This document shows, in pieces, positions 1 through 9,381 of a DNA stretch of 32,000 nt (within the stretch, counting starts at the first letter, position 1; each line of letters opens with the position of its first letter). The position numbers and the translations under genes were made by a program. The notes under the pieces are model-generated. The model was not told the DNA's origin. It saw only the letters and a list, made by a program, of their open reading frames with translations, and did not search any database. The stretch comes from Synechococcus elongatus PCC 6301 (GTDB lineage Bacteria > Cyanobacteriota > Cyanobacteriia > Synechococcales > Synechococcaceae): positions 1,800,001 through 1,832,000 of the forward strand of contig NC_006576.1 of assembly GCF_000010065.1 (NCBI RefSeq), in the 5' to 3' direction.

Positions 1-2
1 AG

Positions 3-1484
3 TTGGGCATCGAGCAGATCCTGCCGGAAGCACCCAACGCCGACAATACCCTCGAGAACTTCGTCCGCGATCGCGCCAGTAGCGGTGTTCAGCAAGTGCT
101 GCAGCACTTTAGCTTCACCAAGTCGGAGCGCGATGCAGCCTTAGATGAGGTTAAAGCCAGCGTCGTTGAAGCGATCGCTGCTCTGCCAGAAGAGGATCCG
201 GTTCGTAGCGTCACTGCCGCAGAACCCAAAGCGCTGGGCAACACCTTCAAAGCCCTGACCAAAACCTTGATGCGTCAGCAAATCCTGCGCGATGGTGTTC
301 GGGTCGATGGTCGGAAACTCGATCAGGTGCGGCCGATCTCCAGTCAGGTTGGCTTGCTGCCGCCGCGAGTCCATGGTTCTGGCCTGTTTCAGCGGGGTCT
401 GACGCAGGTGCTGTCGATCGCGACTCTCGGCACGCCTGGGGATGCGCAAGAACTGGATGATCTGCATCCCGACACCCAGAAGCGCTACCTGCATCACTAC
501 AACATGCCCCCCTATTCCGTTGGCGAAACGCGGCCGATGCGATCGCCCGGTCGGCGGGAAATTGGCCATGGCGCTTTGGCAGAGCGCGCGTTGCTTCCCG
601 TGTTGCCGTCCAAGGAAGAATTCCCCTACGTGATTCGGGTGGTTTCCGAGGTGCTGTCCTCCAACGGCTCCACCTCGATGGGCTCCGTCTGCGGCTCGAC
701 GCTGGCGCTGATGGATGCTGGCGTCCCCATCAAAAAGCCGGTCAGCGGCGCAGCCATGGGGCTGATCCGCGAAGGCGATGAGTACCGTGTCCTGACCGAC
801 ATCCAAGGGATTGAAGACTTCTTGGGTGACATGGACTTTAAGGTAGCGGGCACCGATCAGGGCATTACGGCTCTGCAGATGGATATGAAAATCCATGGTC
901 TGCCCTTAGAGATCATTGCGGATGCCATCAACCAGGCGAAGCCGGCGCGTTTGCACATCCTCAACAAGATGCTGGAAGCGATCGCCACGCCTCGGGCTGA
1001 CCTTTCGACCTATGCGCCCCGCCTGTTCCGGATTCAAATCAATCCTGAGCAAATTGGCTTGGTCATTGGTCCTGGTGGCAAAACAATCCGCTCTATCACT
1101 GAGCAAACTGGTGCCAAGATCGACATCGAAGATACGGGAGCCGTGACCATCTCGGCAGTCGATGCTGATTCGGCGCTGCGAGCGAAGTCGATCATCGAAG
1201 GCATGACCCGCACAATCACTGCCGGCGATGTCTACATCGGCAAAGTGACCCGCATCATCCCGATTGGAGCCTTTGTGGAGTTCCTGCCGGGCAAAGAAGG
1301 CATGATTCACATCTCGCAAATTGCCGATTATCGGGTGGCTCGTGTTGAAGATGAGCTGACGGTGGGCGATGAGGTCGTGGTCAAAGTCCGCGAGATTGAC
1401 CAAAAGGGTCGGGTTAACCTCACCCGTAAAGGGATTGATCCGGAGGAAGTCTCAGCAGCACGGGCGGCTGTCGAAGCGTCTTAG
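3..1484 (+). CDS. pnp: Polyribonucleotide nucleotidyltransferase (PNPase), C-terminal 493 aa; the 5' end lies upstream of the window
   Basis: The ORF is open at the window edge. It shows the second RNase PH-like core ([36 protein letters not shown]), then a KH motif ([15 protein letters not shown]), then an S1 domain ([33 protein letters not shown]). This is the canonical PNPase domain order. Confidence 0.95.
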   Translation: MGIEQILPEAPNADNTLENFVRDRASSGVQQVLQHFSFTKSERDAALDEVKASVVEAIAALPEEDPVRSVTAAEPKALGNTFKALTKTLMRQQILRDGVRVDGRKLDQVRPISSQVGLLPPRVHGSGLFQRGLTQVLSIATLGTPGDAQELDDLHPDTQKRYLHHYNMPPYSVGETRPMRSPGRREIGHGALAERALLPVLPSKEEFPYVIRVVSEVLSSNGSTSMGSVCGSTLALMDAGVPIKKPVSGAAMGLIREGDEYRVLTDIQGIEDFLGDMDFKVAGTDQGITALQMDMKIHGLPLEIIADAINQAKPARLHILNKMLEAIATPRADLSTYAPRLFRIQINPEQIGLVIGPGGKTIRSITEQTGAKIDIEDTGAVTISAVDADSALRAKSIIEGMTRTITAGDVYIGKVTRIIPIGAFVEFLPGKEGMIHISQIADYRVARVEDELTVGDEVVVKVREIDQKGRVNLTRKGIDPEEVSAARAAVEAS

Positions 1485-1539
1485 GTCCCTGAGGGCCACT
1501 CAGACTCCTTGAGCTGAGGCTCTTTCAAGCTTTCAGATA

Positions 1540-1586
1540 ACAAGCGGTAGGGGATTCGTCTCGTACCGCTTGTTAGTTCGAATTTT
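1540..1586 (+). terminator. Stable stem-loop downstream of pnp (putative terminator or 3' protective hairpin)
   Basis: Perfect 10-bp inverted repeat ACAAGCGGTA (1540-1549) / TACCGCTTGT (1564-1573) with a 14-nt loop. It starts 56 nt after the pnp stop. The T-run (TTTT) is displaced about 10 nt downstream, so this is not a textbook intrinsic terminator. Confidence 0.45.
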
Positions 1587-1696
1587 CGTGAGCTTTGGCT
1601 GAATCTAAGTCACTCAACCTCTGTCGGCAAAGACAGTGAGACCTGCAAGTTGCCGCGATCGCCCGTGCTGGATTGACCTCAATTACTCAGACCTAT

Positions 1697-1728
1697 AAGA
1701 AAAAACCCAGCCCTACCAGGACCGGGTT
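1697..1728 (-). terminator. Rho-independent terminator of crtR
   Basis: The minus strand reads AACCCGG-TCCTGGTAGGG-CTGGGTT followed by TTTTTCTT. That is a 7-bp stem including one G.U pair, an 11-nt loop and a U-tract, about 30 nt after the crtR stop codon. Confidence 0.6.
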
Positions 1729-1756
1729 GAACGAGTCATCAATTCGGAGCGGTCAG

Positions 1757-2752
1757 CTACTTCGTCAAGGCTGGCTCACGAGAGTCTTCTGTGGCAGACA
1801 TCGGAGCTTTTGCGAGAACGGCTGATTCACTCGACTTCGTTTCAGGAACGACGGAGCTCTGCGGCTCAGCCTCGTGCGATTGGTGAATGCGGATGCCGAT
1901 GAAAACGTCGTAGATAAAGTTCCAGAAATCTTTTTTGCTGGAGAGAATCCCGAGCGTTTGCGGCGACTGGCGTAGGTCCAACAACGGCTTGGTAGCGTGG
2001 TAGGCCGGTCGGTAGAGATACCAGGGGATCGATGGCCAGAGGTGATGGATCAGGTGATAGTTCTGACCCATGATCAGGATGTTCATCACCTGACCGGGAT
2101 AGACCCGTGCATTGCGCCAGCGGTTGCGCTCTTGGAAGGGGCGGTGGGGTAAATAGTCGAAGAAGAGTCCTAGGGCAATGCCAACGACCAAGGCTGGAGC
2201 CAGCCAGTAGTTCATCAGGAAGCCCAGGAAGCCAAACTTGACGCCGCAGGCAAAGATGCCGATGACCACAGCGCGACTGAGGAACCATTCGAGTAATTCA
2301 AATTTCTTCCAAAGGCGGCGCTGGAAGAAATAGATCTCGTGATAGAAGAAGCGCGGTGCGATCAACCACAGCGGCCCAAAGGTGGAAACGATGTGGTCGG
2401 GATCGTTCTTGGGATCGTTGACGTGGGCGTGATGTTGCAGGTGAACCCGCGTAAACACCGGAAAAGTAAAGCCCAGCAATAGTGCACTGCCATGTCCCAA
2501 AATCGCATTCAGAATGCGACTGGCGTGAGCCACATTATGAGAGGCATCGTGAATGACGGTGCCTACCAAATGTAAGGCTGTGACACTCAGAAGGAAAGAT
2601 AGCCAGTGGGGCCAACTCCAGCACCAGTACCCCAAAACTGAGAGCGCCGCGCAGGTATAACCTGCCAAGAAGAGTGCGACGGTGGGGTTGAAGCCTCCTG
2701 GAGCACCAAGAAACTTCTTCGGTACTGTCAGGGGCGTTTGAGCCTCTGACAT
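1757..2752 (-). CDS. crtR: Beta-carotene hydroxylase, CrtR type (membrane di-iron, fatty-acid-desaturase superfamily)
   Basis: 331-aa ORF with several hydrophobic helices and three histidine boxes: HDASH, HLQHH and HLIHHLWP. This pattern is characteristic of the CrtR/CrtW carotenoid oxygenase branch. A candidate -10 TATACT lies about 30 nt upstream of the ATG. The symbol is inferred from motifs only. Confidence 0.75.
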   Translation of the reverse strand: MSEAQTPLTVPKKFLGAPGGFNPTVALFLAGYTCAALSVLGYWCWSWPHWLSFLLSVTALHLVGTVIHDASHNVAHASRILNAILGHGSALLLGFTFPVFTRVHLQHHAHVNDPKNDPDHIVSTFGPLWLIAPRFFYHEIYFFQRRLWKKFELLEWFLSRAVVIGIFACGVKFGFLGFLMNYWLAPALVVGIALGLFFDYLPHRPFQERNRWRNARVYPGQVMNILIMGQNYHLIHHLWPSIPWYLYRPAYHATKPLLDLRQSPQTLGILSSKKDFWNFIYDVFIGIRIHQSHEAEPQSSVVPETKSSESAVLAKAPMSATEDSREPALTK

Positions 2753-2970
2753 GCCTGCCAGACTCCGTTGAATGGTTCTCGCGTAGTATACGACACCGCT
2801 TTTGAAAGGTGAAATTTTATGAAGCCTTTCTCAGGATTGGTACGGATGGTGAATCCAGCACGCCAGTGTCAATTAATACGTTAGCCAGAGAATAACTAGT
2901 TCAGTCAAGAAGTCAATCGCTTTGGGCGCAATCGCTAGAAGAATCTATCAGTTTTGAGCAATTTTGAGGA

Positions 2971-3052
2971 TGCGGACGAAAGGACTTGAACCTTCACACC
3001 TTGCGGTACCAGAACCTAAATCTGGCGCGTCTGCCAATTCCGCCACGTCCGC
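2971..3052 (-). tRNA. tRNA-Leu (anticodon UAG), class II with long variable arm; CCA not encoded
   Basis: The reverse complement folds by hand into a cloverleaf. Acceptor stem GCGGACG/CGTCCGC plus discriminator A; D stem GCG/CGC; anticodon stem CCAGA/TCTGG with loop TTTAGGT (anticodon TAG). The variable arm is 13 nt (ACC..GGT); T arm GAAGG-TTCAAGT-CCTTT. Confidence 0.93.
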
Positions 3053-3154
3053 GAACCGGAGGCTATCCTAGCACGAGGCCAGAGCGATCGCTGTGACCAG
3101 CGAATTTCCATCTGTCCCTGACAATAGGTTGCAGACTCGCAGGAGAGGAAGACG

Positions 3155-4588
3155 ATGCTGGCGCTGCTACTGGCGATCGCGGTGGCGATCGCAGCTCTGG
3201 GACTGTTTTTGGCTGCAGTGCTCTTGCCGCCCTTGACCCGTCGCAGTGACTTGATTTGGAGCGGCGTTGCGGGTCTGTACGCCCTGATCCTCTGGAATGC
3301 TCACAGCCAATTTCGCGGGGCGCTGTTGCTGAGTCAAATTGCCGCGATCGCACTCTTGGGGTGGTTGGGTCAGCAAGCGATCCAAAGCCGCTGGTTGGCA
3401 CTCAGTCCTGAAGATCAAGCGGCTTGGCAACAGGGCTTACTCTGGCAGCAAGGTTGGCAGCGTTTTCAGAAATTAGATTGGAAAGCGGTTTGGTCCACAC
3501 CCAGCCGTGAAACCTCAGCCAGTTCGGGCCCTGGGCTGCTTGGTGGACTGCGCAATCGTCTTCAAGGCCGTAAGACTCACGGCAAAAAATTTGTCCGCCC
3601 TGAAGAGTCAACTCCGGCTGCTCCTGTCACTGAGGAAGCCGTTGCAGAACTGCAAGAACCAGTTGTCACCGAACCTGCAGAGCAAACAGAAGTCGCGATC
3701 GCAGCGGCCACGACCCAACAAGCCATTGCTGAAGTCGTAACGGAAGCTGTCGAGACGGTAACGGATCAAGTGGAATCAGCGATCGCAGCGGTCACTGAAC
3801 CAGTTGTGGATGCCGCGACTGACCTGACCGAGGGAGTCGAGGAAACTATCGCTGAAGTTAGCGAAGTCGCTGAAACGGTCACCGAATCAGTCACAGAAGT
3901 GGTAGAGCCAGTTGCAGACACGGCGATCGAAGAAACTTCTGTTGCTGTGGAATCTGTTGAAACAGCAGTTACAGAGACGATCGAGCAGTCCACTGAGGTT
4001 GTTGAAGACTTCGTTGAAGCACAAGCTGCTGAGGCAGTGGTCGAAGTGGCAGTAGAAGAATCGGTAGAGGCCAGTGAACCTGCGCTAGAAGTCACGACTG
4101 AAGTTGTTGAGACTGAACCGGCAGCGATCGCAACCCCTGAAGTCTCAGACCAGCTAGAGGTCGATCGCGAGGAAGTCACCGAAGCGGTTGCGGATGTAGA
4201 AGCTCCAGTCGCAACAGCGAGCGCCCCTGAGGCAGAAGCGGCGACGGCAGAGAGCTCTCTCAGCCCAGTCGAAGCGATTGTCGAAACGGCAGAGGCAGCC
4301 GAGATCGCGTCTGAGAGGGCAGACGGTCCTGAATCAGAGCCCACACCTGAGGCGGTGACGGAAGCTGAGTCCGAAGCGATCGTTGTAGTTGAGGACAGTC
4401 CTGCTGCTGAACGGGAGGAAGAGGCGATCGCGCCGGATGTGGTCAAGCCTGATGTGGAAGCCGTTGCGATCGTTGTGGATCCTGAGGTGTCTGCTACACC
4501 TGTGGAATTGCAGCCGGTGATTATCGGCAGTCTGGATGAATTGCGCAATCCTGACCCTGATCTAGCCGAACGTTTGGGCTTGTCTTAG
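3155..4588 (+). CDS. Membrane protein with a Ycf66-like N-terminal domain (about 80 aa, 2-3 TM) and a roughly 330-aa hyper-acidic E/V/T/A-rich tail
   Basis: 477-aa ORF with an ATG preceded by GGAGAGGAAG. The N-terminus MLALLLAIAVAIAALGLFLAAVLL...GVAGLYALILW...IAAIALLGWLG resembles the Ycf66 N-terminal family as I remember it. The rest is low-complexity and acidic (VTEAVETVTDQVES, VTESVTEVVEP and similar). The family assignment needs an HMM check. Confidence 0.6.
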   Translation: MLALLLAIAVAIAALGLFLAAVLLPPLTRRSDLIWSGVAGLYALILWNAHSQFRGALLLSQIAAIALLGWLGQQAIQSRWLALSPEDQAAWQQGLLWQQGWQRFQKLDWKAVWSTPSRETSASSGPGLLGGLRNRLQGRKTHGKKFVRPEESTPAAPVTEEAVAELQEPVVTEPAEQTEVAIAAATTQQAIAEVVTEAVETVTDQVESAIAAVTEPVVDAATDLTEGVEETIAEVSEVAETVTESVTEVVEPVADTAIEETSVAVESVETAVTETIEQSTEVVEDFVEAQAAEAVVEVAVEESVEASEPALEVTTEVVETEPAAIATPEVSDQLEVDREEVTEAVADVEAPVATASAPEAEAATAESSLSPVEAIVETAEAAEIASERADGPESEPTPEAVTEAESEAIVVVEDSPAAEREEEAIAPDVVKPDVEAVAIVVDPEVSATPVELQPVIIGSLDELRNPDPDLAERLGLS

Positions 4589-4659
4589 TGCCCTCAGTTG
4601 AAGCGCTAGGAGTCTGTCAAGGATAATGGGATGACTGCCCGTCGACCCCGGATTCCAGC

Positions 4660-7524
4660 GTGGCTGAAGTTTCTGCCTACAAAGACACCCTCAATCTGCT
4701 CCAAACACCGTTCAACATGCGCGCCAACGCGCCGGTGCGGGAGCCAGAAATTCAGCAGTTCTGGGCCGATCGGCAGATTTACGAAACCCTGTCTCGACAG
4801 AATCCGGGCGCACCGTTTGTGCTGCACGATGGCCCGCCCTACGCCAACGGGGCGCTGCACATGGGACACGCCCTCAACAAAACCCTGAAGGACATCATCA
4901 ACAAGTACCAACTGCTACAAGGGCGGAAGGTGCGCTACGTGCCGGGTTGGGACTGCCACGGCCTGCCGATCGAGCTGAAAGTCTTGCAGGAGCTGTCTTC
5001 GGAGGAGCGTCGCAATCTCACACCTTTGACGCTGCGGCAAAAGGCTAAGGCCTACGCCTTGGCGCAAGTGGAGCAACAAAGCCAAAGTTTTCAGCGCTAC
5101 GGCGTTTGGGCCGATTGGGATGCGCCCTATTTGACGCTGACGCCGGAATACGAAGCGGCACAAATTGATGTCTTTGGACAGATGGTCCTGAAGGGCTACA
5201 TCTATCGCGGCCTCAAGCCCGTCCATTGGAGCCCCAGTTCACGCACGGCGCTGGCGGAAGCTGAGCTGGAATATCCAGACGGCCACACCTCGCGCAGCAT
5301 CTACGTGGCGATGCCGATCGTGCAGCTCTCAGAAGCGGCGCAGCCGTTGCTGGGGAATTACGCCAATCTGGCGCTGGCGATCTGGACGACGACACCTTGG
5401 ACAATTCCGGCCAACCTCGCCGTGGCGGTCAATGGTGAGCTGACCTACGCGGTGGTGCAAGCGGGCGATTGCCATTTGATTGTGGCTGCGGAACTGGCGG
5501 AGAGTCTGAGCAAGACCTTTGCCACCGAGCTAACTGTTCTGGCGACCTTCCCGGGATCGGTTCTGGAACATAGCCGCTATCGCCACCCGCTCTACGATCG
5601 CGAAAGTCCCGTGGTGATTGGCGGCGACTACATCACGACCGAATCCGGTACCGGCTTGGTACATACGGCACCCGGCCATGGTCAGGATGACTTTATCGTC
5701 GGCAACCGTTACGGGCTGGAGGTCTTCTGCCCTGTTGATGACAAGGGCGACTTTACGGCGGCTGTGGGCGATCGCCTCGTGGGCAAAAATGTCCTCAAGG
5801 ATGCCAATGCAGCGGTCATCGAGTGGCTGACCGAAGTCGGCGCGCTGCTGAAGGAAGAGAGCTACGCCCACCGCTATCCCTACGATTGGCGCACCAAAAA
5901 GCCGACGATTTTCCGTGCGACCGAGCAGTGGTTTGCCTCGGTGGAAGGCTTCCGCGAGCAGGCTCTGCAGGCGATCGCTGAAGTGGACTGGATTCCGGCG
6001 CAGGGCGAAAACCGAATCACCTCAATGGTCAGTGAGCGTAGTGATTGGTGCATCTCGCGGCAGCGGACCTGGGGTGTGCCGATTCCTGTTTTCTACGATG
6101 AAGAAAGCGGCGAAGCACTGCTGAATGCCGAGACAATCGCCCATGTGCGCGCGATCGTGGCAGAACGCGGCTCCGATGCTTGGTGGGAACTCGACGTTGC
6201 TGACCTGCTGCCTGAGCCCTACCGCAGCAATGGCCGGCGCTATCGCAAAGGCACCGACACAATGGATGTCTGGTTTGACTCCGGTTCCTCGTGGGCGGCG
6301 GTTGCCTCGCAGCGCGAAGGCTTGCACTACCCTGCCGATCTCTATCTGGAAGGATCGGATCAGCATCGCGGCTGGTTCCAATCCAGTCTGCTGACCAGCG
6401 TGGCTTGCAACGGCCATGCGCCCTATCGGCGCGTCTTGACCCATGGCTTCGCGCTGGATGAAAAGGGTCGGAAGATGAGCAAATCGCTGGGCAATGTGGT
6501 TGACCCTGCGATCGTAATTAACGGTGGCAAGGATCAAAAACAGGAGCCGCCCTACGGTGCTGATGTGTTGCGTCTTTGGGTGTCATCGGTTGACTATTCC
6601 TCCGATGTGCCGATTGGCAAAAACATCCTCAAGCAGATGGCGGATGTCTACCGTAAGATTCGCAATACGGCACGATTCTTGTTAGGTAATCTGCACGACT
6701 TTGATCCGGCTAAAGATGCGCTGCCTTGGGAAAAACTACCGGAACTCGATCGCTATCTCCTGCATCGACTGCGCGAAGTTATTCTTGAAATTCAAGATGC
6801 TTTTGAGAGCTTCCAGTTTTTCCGATTCTTCCAGACGGTTCAGAACTTCTGTGTCGTTGATCTGTCTAACTTCTATTTAGACATCGGCAAGGATCGCCTC
6901 TACATCAGTGCGCCGGATAGTCTGCGGCGGCGCAGTTGCCAAACGGTACTGGCAATTTGTGTGGAAGCGTTAGCGACTGCGATCGCGCCTGTGCTCTCGC
7001 ACATGGCCGAGGACATTTGGCAAAGCTTGCCCTATCCAGCTCGGACAAAATCAGTTTTCCAAGCCGGTTGGGTTCAGCTTCAGGATGACTGGAATCAACC
7101 AGAACTTGCGGCCAAGTGGCAACAACTGCGCGACCTGCGGAGTGAAGTCAACAAGGTGTTGGAGCAAGCCCGACGCGATCAGGCGATCGGATCTTCCCTA
7201 GAAGCGAAACTCCAGCTGTGGGTGGCAGATTCGGATTGGCGGGCTGCCTTGGCCGATCGCAATCCGGCTGACAGTCTCTCGGGAACGGCGGTCGATGATC
7301 TGCGCTATCTCTTCTTGGTATCGCAAGTGGAATTGCGTGATCAACCCACGGGCTTAACCGAGGCGAAGTATCACGCTCAGACGGAAGATTGGGCGATCGC
7401 GGTGGTTGATGCCGAAGGGCAAAAATGCGATCGCTGCTGGAACTATTCGACCACTGTTGGCCAGAGTTCTGAGCATCCCGATCTTTGCGATCGCTGTGTC
7501 TCGGCACTGCAAGGCACGTTCTAG
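4660..7524 (+). CDS. ileS: Isoleucine--tRNA ligase
   Basis: 954 aa with a GTG start. Class I signatures HMGH (GALHMGHALNK) and KMSKS (GRKMSKSLGN), a CP1 editing insertion, and a C-terminal Cys cluster CDRCWNY...CDRC. Confidence 0.97.
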   Translation: MAEVSAYKDTLNLLQTPFNMRANAPVREPEIQQFWADRQIYETLSRQNPGAPFVLHDGPPYANGALHMGHALNKTLKDIINKYQLLQGRKVRYVPGWDCHGLPIELKVLQELSSEERRNLTPLTLRQKAKAYALAQVEQQSQSFQRYGVWADWDAPYLTLTPEYEAAQIDVFGQMVLKGYIYRGLKPVHWSPSSRTALAEAELEYPDGHTSRSIYVAMPIVQLSEAAQPLLGNYANLALAIWTTTPWTIPANLAVAVNGELTYAVVQAGDCHLIVAAELAESLSKTFATELTVLATFPGSVLEHSRYRHPLYDRESPVVIGGDYITTESGTGLVHTAPGHGQDDFIVGNRYGLEVFCPVDDKGDFTAAVGDRLVGKNVLKDANAAVIEWLTEVGALLKEESYAHRYPYDWRTKKPTIFRATEQWFASVEGFREQALQAIAEVDWIPAQGENRITSMVSERSDWCISRQRTWGVPIPVFYDEESGEALLNAETIAHVRAIVAERGSDAWWELDVADLLPEPYRSNGRRYRKGTDTMDVWFDSGSSWAAVASQREGLHYPADLYLEGSDQHRGWFQSSLLTSVACNGHAPYRRVLTHGFALDEKGRKMSKSLGNVVDPAIVINGGKDQKQEPPYGADVLRLWVSSVDYSSDVPIGKNILKQMADVYRKIRNTARFLLGNLHDFDPAKDALPWEKLPELDRYLLHRLREVILEIQDAFESFQFFRFFQTVQNFCVVDLSNFYLDIGKDRLYISAPDSLRRRSCQTVLAICVEALATAIAPVLSHMAEDIWQSLPYPARTKSVFQAGWVQLQDDWNQPELAAKWQQLRDLRSEVNKVLEQARRDQAIGSSLEAKLQLWVADSDWRAALADRNPADSLSGTAVDDLRYLFLVSQVELRDQPTGLTEAKYHAQTEDWAIAVVDAEGQKCDRCWNYSTTVGQSSEHPDLCDRCVSALQGTF

Positions 7525-7582
7525 CGATCACGATTCTGAAGTTAGATCAGCAGCTTAAAAGTTCTGGGAGAGTCGAGTCACG

Positions 7583-8179
7583 ATGAAACGGCTGTTAGTT
7601 TTGGGGCTGCTGATCGCCAGCTTTTGGTTCCCGAATACCGCTGCATGGGCTGCCACTGCAGAAGCCATTTTTGCCGGTGGTTGCTTCTGGTGTGTCGAGG
7701 CTGATTTCGACAAAGTTACTGGTGTCACTGAAACGATTTCGGGCTACAGCGGCGGCACTGTAAAAAAACCGACTTATAAACAGGTTTCTGCAGGTAAAAC
7801 GGGGCATTACGAGTCGGTCAAAATCATCTACGATCCCGATCAAGTCAGCTATGACCAGCTTGTCAGTTACTTCCTGCAACACATCGATCCGCTCGATGGT
7901 GGCGGTCAATTCTGCGATCGCGGCGATCAATATCGATCGGCAATTTTCGTGACACCAGAGCAACAGCCGATTGCGGAAGCTGCGATCGCAGCCGCAGCTC
8001 AAGAACTTGGCCAACCGATTCAAACGAAAATCCAACCAGCGAAAGAATTCTGGGAAGCTGAGAACTATCACCAGAACTACTATCAAAAACAAGCTCTGCT
8101 CTATAAATACTATCGAGCCCGCTGCGGTCGCGATGCCCAAATCGCCAAGGTTTGGGGCGAGTATGAGCAACAATCCTAA
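7583..8179 (+). CDS. msrA: Peptide-methionine (S)-S-oxide reductase MsrA with an N-terminal Sec-type signal peptide
   Basis: The GGCFWCVEADF active-site motif and the rest of the MsrA fold are present. The first about 23 aa (MKRLLVLGLLIASFWFPNTAAWA) have n/h/c regions and an AxA cleavage motif. Confidence 0.93.
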   Translation: MKRLLVLGLLIASFWFPNTAAWAATAEAIFAGGCFWCVEADFDKVTGVTETISGYSGGTVKKPTYKQVSAGKTGHYESVKIIYDPDQVSYDQLVSYFLQHIDPLDGGGQFCDRGDQYRSAIFVTPEQQPIAEAAIAAAAQELGQPIQTKIQPAKEFWEAENYHQNYYQKQALLYKYYRARCGRDAQIAKVWGEYEQQS

Positions 8180-8222
8180 GGACAGCCCTGTAGACGTAGC
8201 GATCGCTCTAATCAGTCAGAGA

Positions 8223-8843
8223 TCAGGCGATCGCGCGAAAACAAACCGAGAGATTATTGCTAGGCATTTCGACAATGCGATCGAGACGAAATTGCTCAGC
8301 TTCAGCAACAGCAGTCACATCCTCAAGATTACGCGCACCCCAAGCTGGATTGCGAGCTTGTAAGGAAGCATCAAAAGCTTCATTACTCGGTGCCGTATGT
8401 TGACCGCCCCGCTTGTAAGCGCCGTAGAGATAGATCAAGCCGTCGACTGAAAGTAATTGCTTTGCACCGGCAAATAACCCCAGCGTGGCTTCCCACGGCG
8501 AGATGTGGATCAGATTAATGGCCGCGATCGCGACAACTGGCTGCGGGAATTCAGGCACAGATTCAACCCAGTCAGACCGAGTGACATCGATCGCGATCGC
8601 CTCACCCAAGTTAGGAGCATTGACGTGCGATCGCCAAGCAGCAATGCTGCGACGACTTTCCTCGTTGGGATCGCTGGGTTGCCAAAAATAATCCGGCAAT
8701 TGCGGTGCAAAATAAGCCCCATGCTCACCCGTCCCGCTGGCAATCTCTAAAACCGTACCGGGCGATCGCAACTCATCCTTCAAGACAGCAAGAATCGCAT
8801 CCCGATTCCGTTCGGTTGCGGGCGCATAGAGGCGATCGTCCAC
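8223..8843 (-). CDS. DUF938-family SAM-dependent methyltransferase-like protein
   Basis: 206 aa with a GTG start. It carries the family-typical N-terminus APATERNRDAILAVL, the glycine motif LEIASGTGEHGAYFA, and LPDYFWQPSD. The start lies 3 nt after the ilvH stop. Confidence 0.8.
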   Translation of the reverse strand: MDDRLYAPATERNRDAILAVLKDELRSPGTVLEIASGTGEHGAYFAPQLPDYFWQPSDPNEESRRSIAAWRSHVNAPNLGEAIAIDVTRSDWVESVPEFPQPVVAIAAINLIHISPWEATLGLFAGAKQLLSVDGLIYLYGAYKRGGQHTAPSNEAFDASLQARNPAWGARNLEDVTAVAEAEQFRLDRIVEMPSNNLSVCFRAIA

Positions 8844-8846
8844 GCT

Positions 8847-9365
8847 CTAGACCCGCGCTTCCAAAGCTTTGAGAAACTCCGTGTTGACGCCGGATTCACG
8901 GGTCAGTGCCACCTTGCCGGTGCGTGAAATTTCCCGGATGCCGAAGCGTTGCAGCACCTGCACGATCGCGACCATCTTGCCGGGGTCGCCCACAACTTCA
9001 ACGATCAGTGAGTCTTCAGCCACATCGACAACGCGGGCGCGGAAGATTTGCACCAGCTCCAAAATTTCCGAGCGATTGCTGCTGTTGGCATTGACCTTAA
9101 TCAGCATCAGCTCGCGTTCAACACAGGGCACTTCCGAAATGTCCTGAACCTTGAGCACGTTGATCAGCTTGTAGAGCTGCTTGGTGATTTGCTCAATTTC
9201 GCGATCGTCGCCCTGTACCACCATCGTGATCCGCGAGATGCCGACCTGCTCAGCGGGGCCGACGGCCAGACTTTCGATGTTGAAGCTCCGACGGGCAAAT
9301 AACCCGGCAATGCGAGTCAGGACGCCCGCTTCGTCTTCAACCAACACTGAGAGGGTGCGCTTCAT
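8847..9365 (-). CDS. ilvH: Acetolactate synthase small (regulatory) subunit
   Basis: ACT-domain N-terminus [36 protein letters not shown] prefer the ATG at 9365 to the TTG at 9380 used by the ORF track. Confidence 0.9.
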   Translation of the reverse strand: MKRTLSVLVEDEAGVLTRIAGLFARRSFNIESLAVGPAEQVGISRITMVVQGDDREIEQITKQLYKLINVLKVQDISEVPCVERELMLIKVNANSSNRSEILELVQIFRARVVDVAEDSLIVEVVGDPGKMVAIVQVLQRFGIREISRTGKVALTRESGVNTEFLKALEARV

Positions 9366-9381
9366 GGGGACAGGCAGCAAG

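Noticed and set aside
141-896. 251-aa minus-strand ORF inside pnp. Similar long antisense ORFs occur at 7595..8173 (in msrA), 16885..17538 (exbD/sseA), 18726..19349 (ycf39), 28600..29313 (lysS), 6022..6537 (ileS), 21245..21754 (mnmG) and 25593..26048 (lysR)
   Set aside because: Each lies entirely antisense to a gene with unmistakable conserved motifs. Their translations are Arg/Gly/Ala/Pro-rich nonsense typical of the antisense frames of GC-rich genes.
2819-2884. 21-codon ORF (MKPFSGLVRMVNPARQCQLIR) with a GAAAGG upstream, between crtR and the tRNA
   Set aside because: It lies in the crtR promoter / tRNA 3' flank. It is very short with no distinctive features, so chance occurrence is likely in AT-rich spacer.
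3766-4548. 260-aa minus-strand ORF rich in Ser/Thr/Ala, antisense to the acidic-tail gene
   Set aside because: It is a mirror-image artefact of the GAA/GTN/ACN-rich low-complexity coding region on the plus strand. It has no start context and no recognisable domain. The plus-strand ORF has a proper TM N-terminus and an SD.
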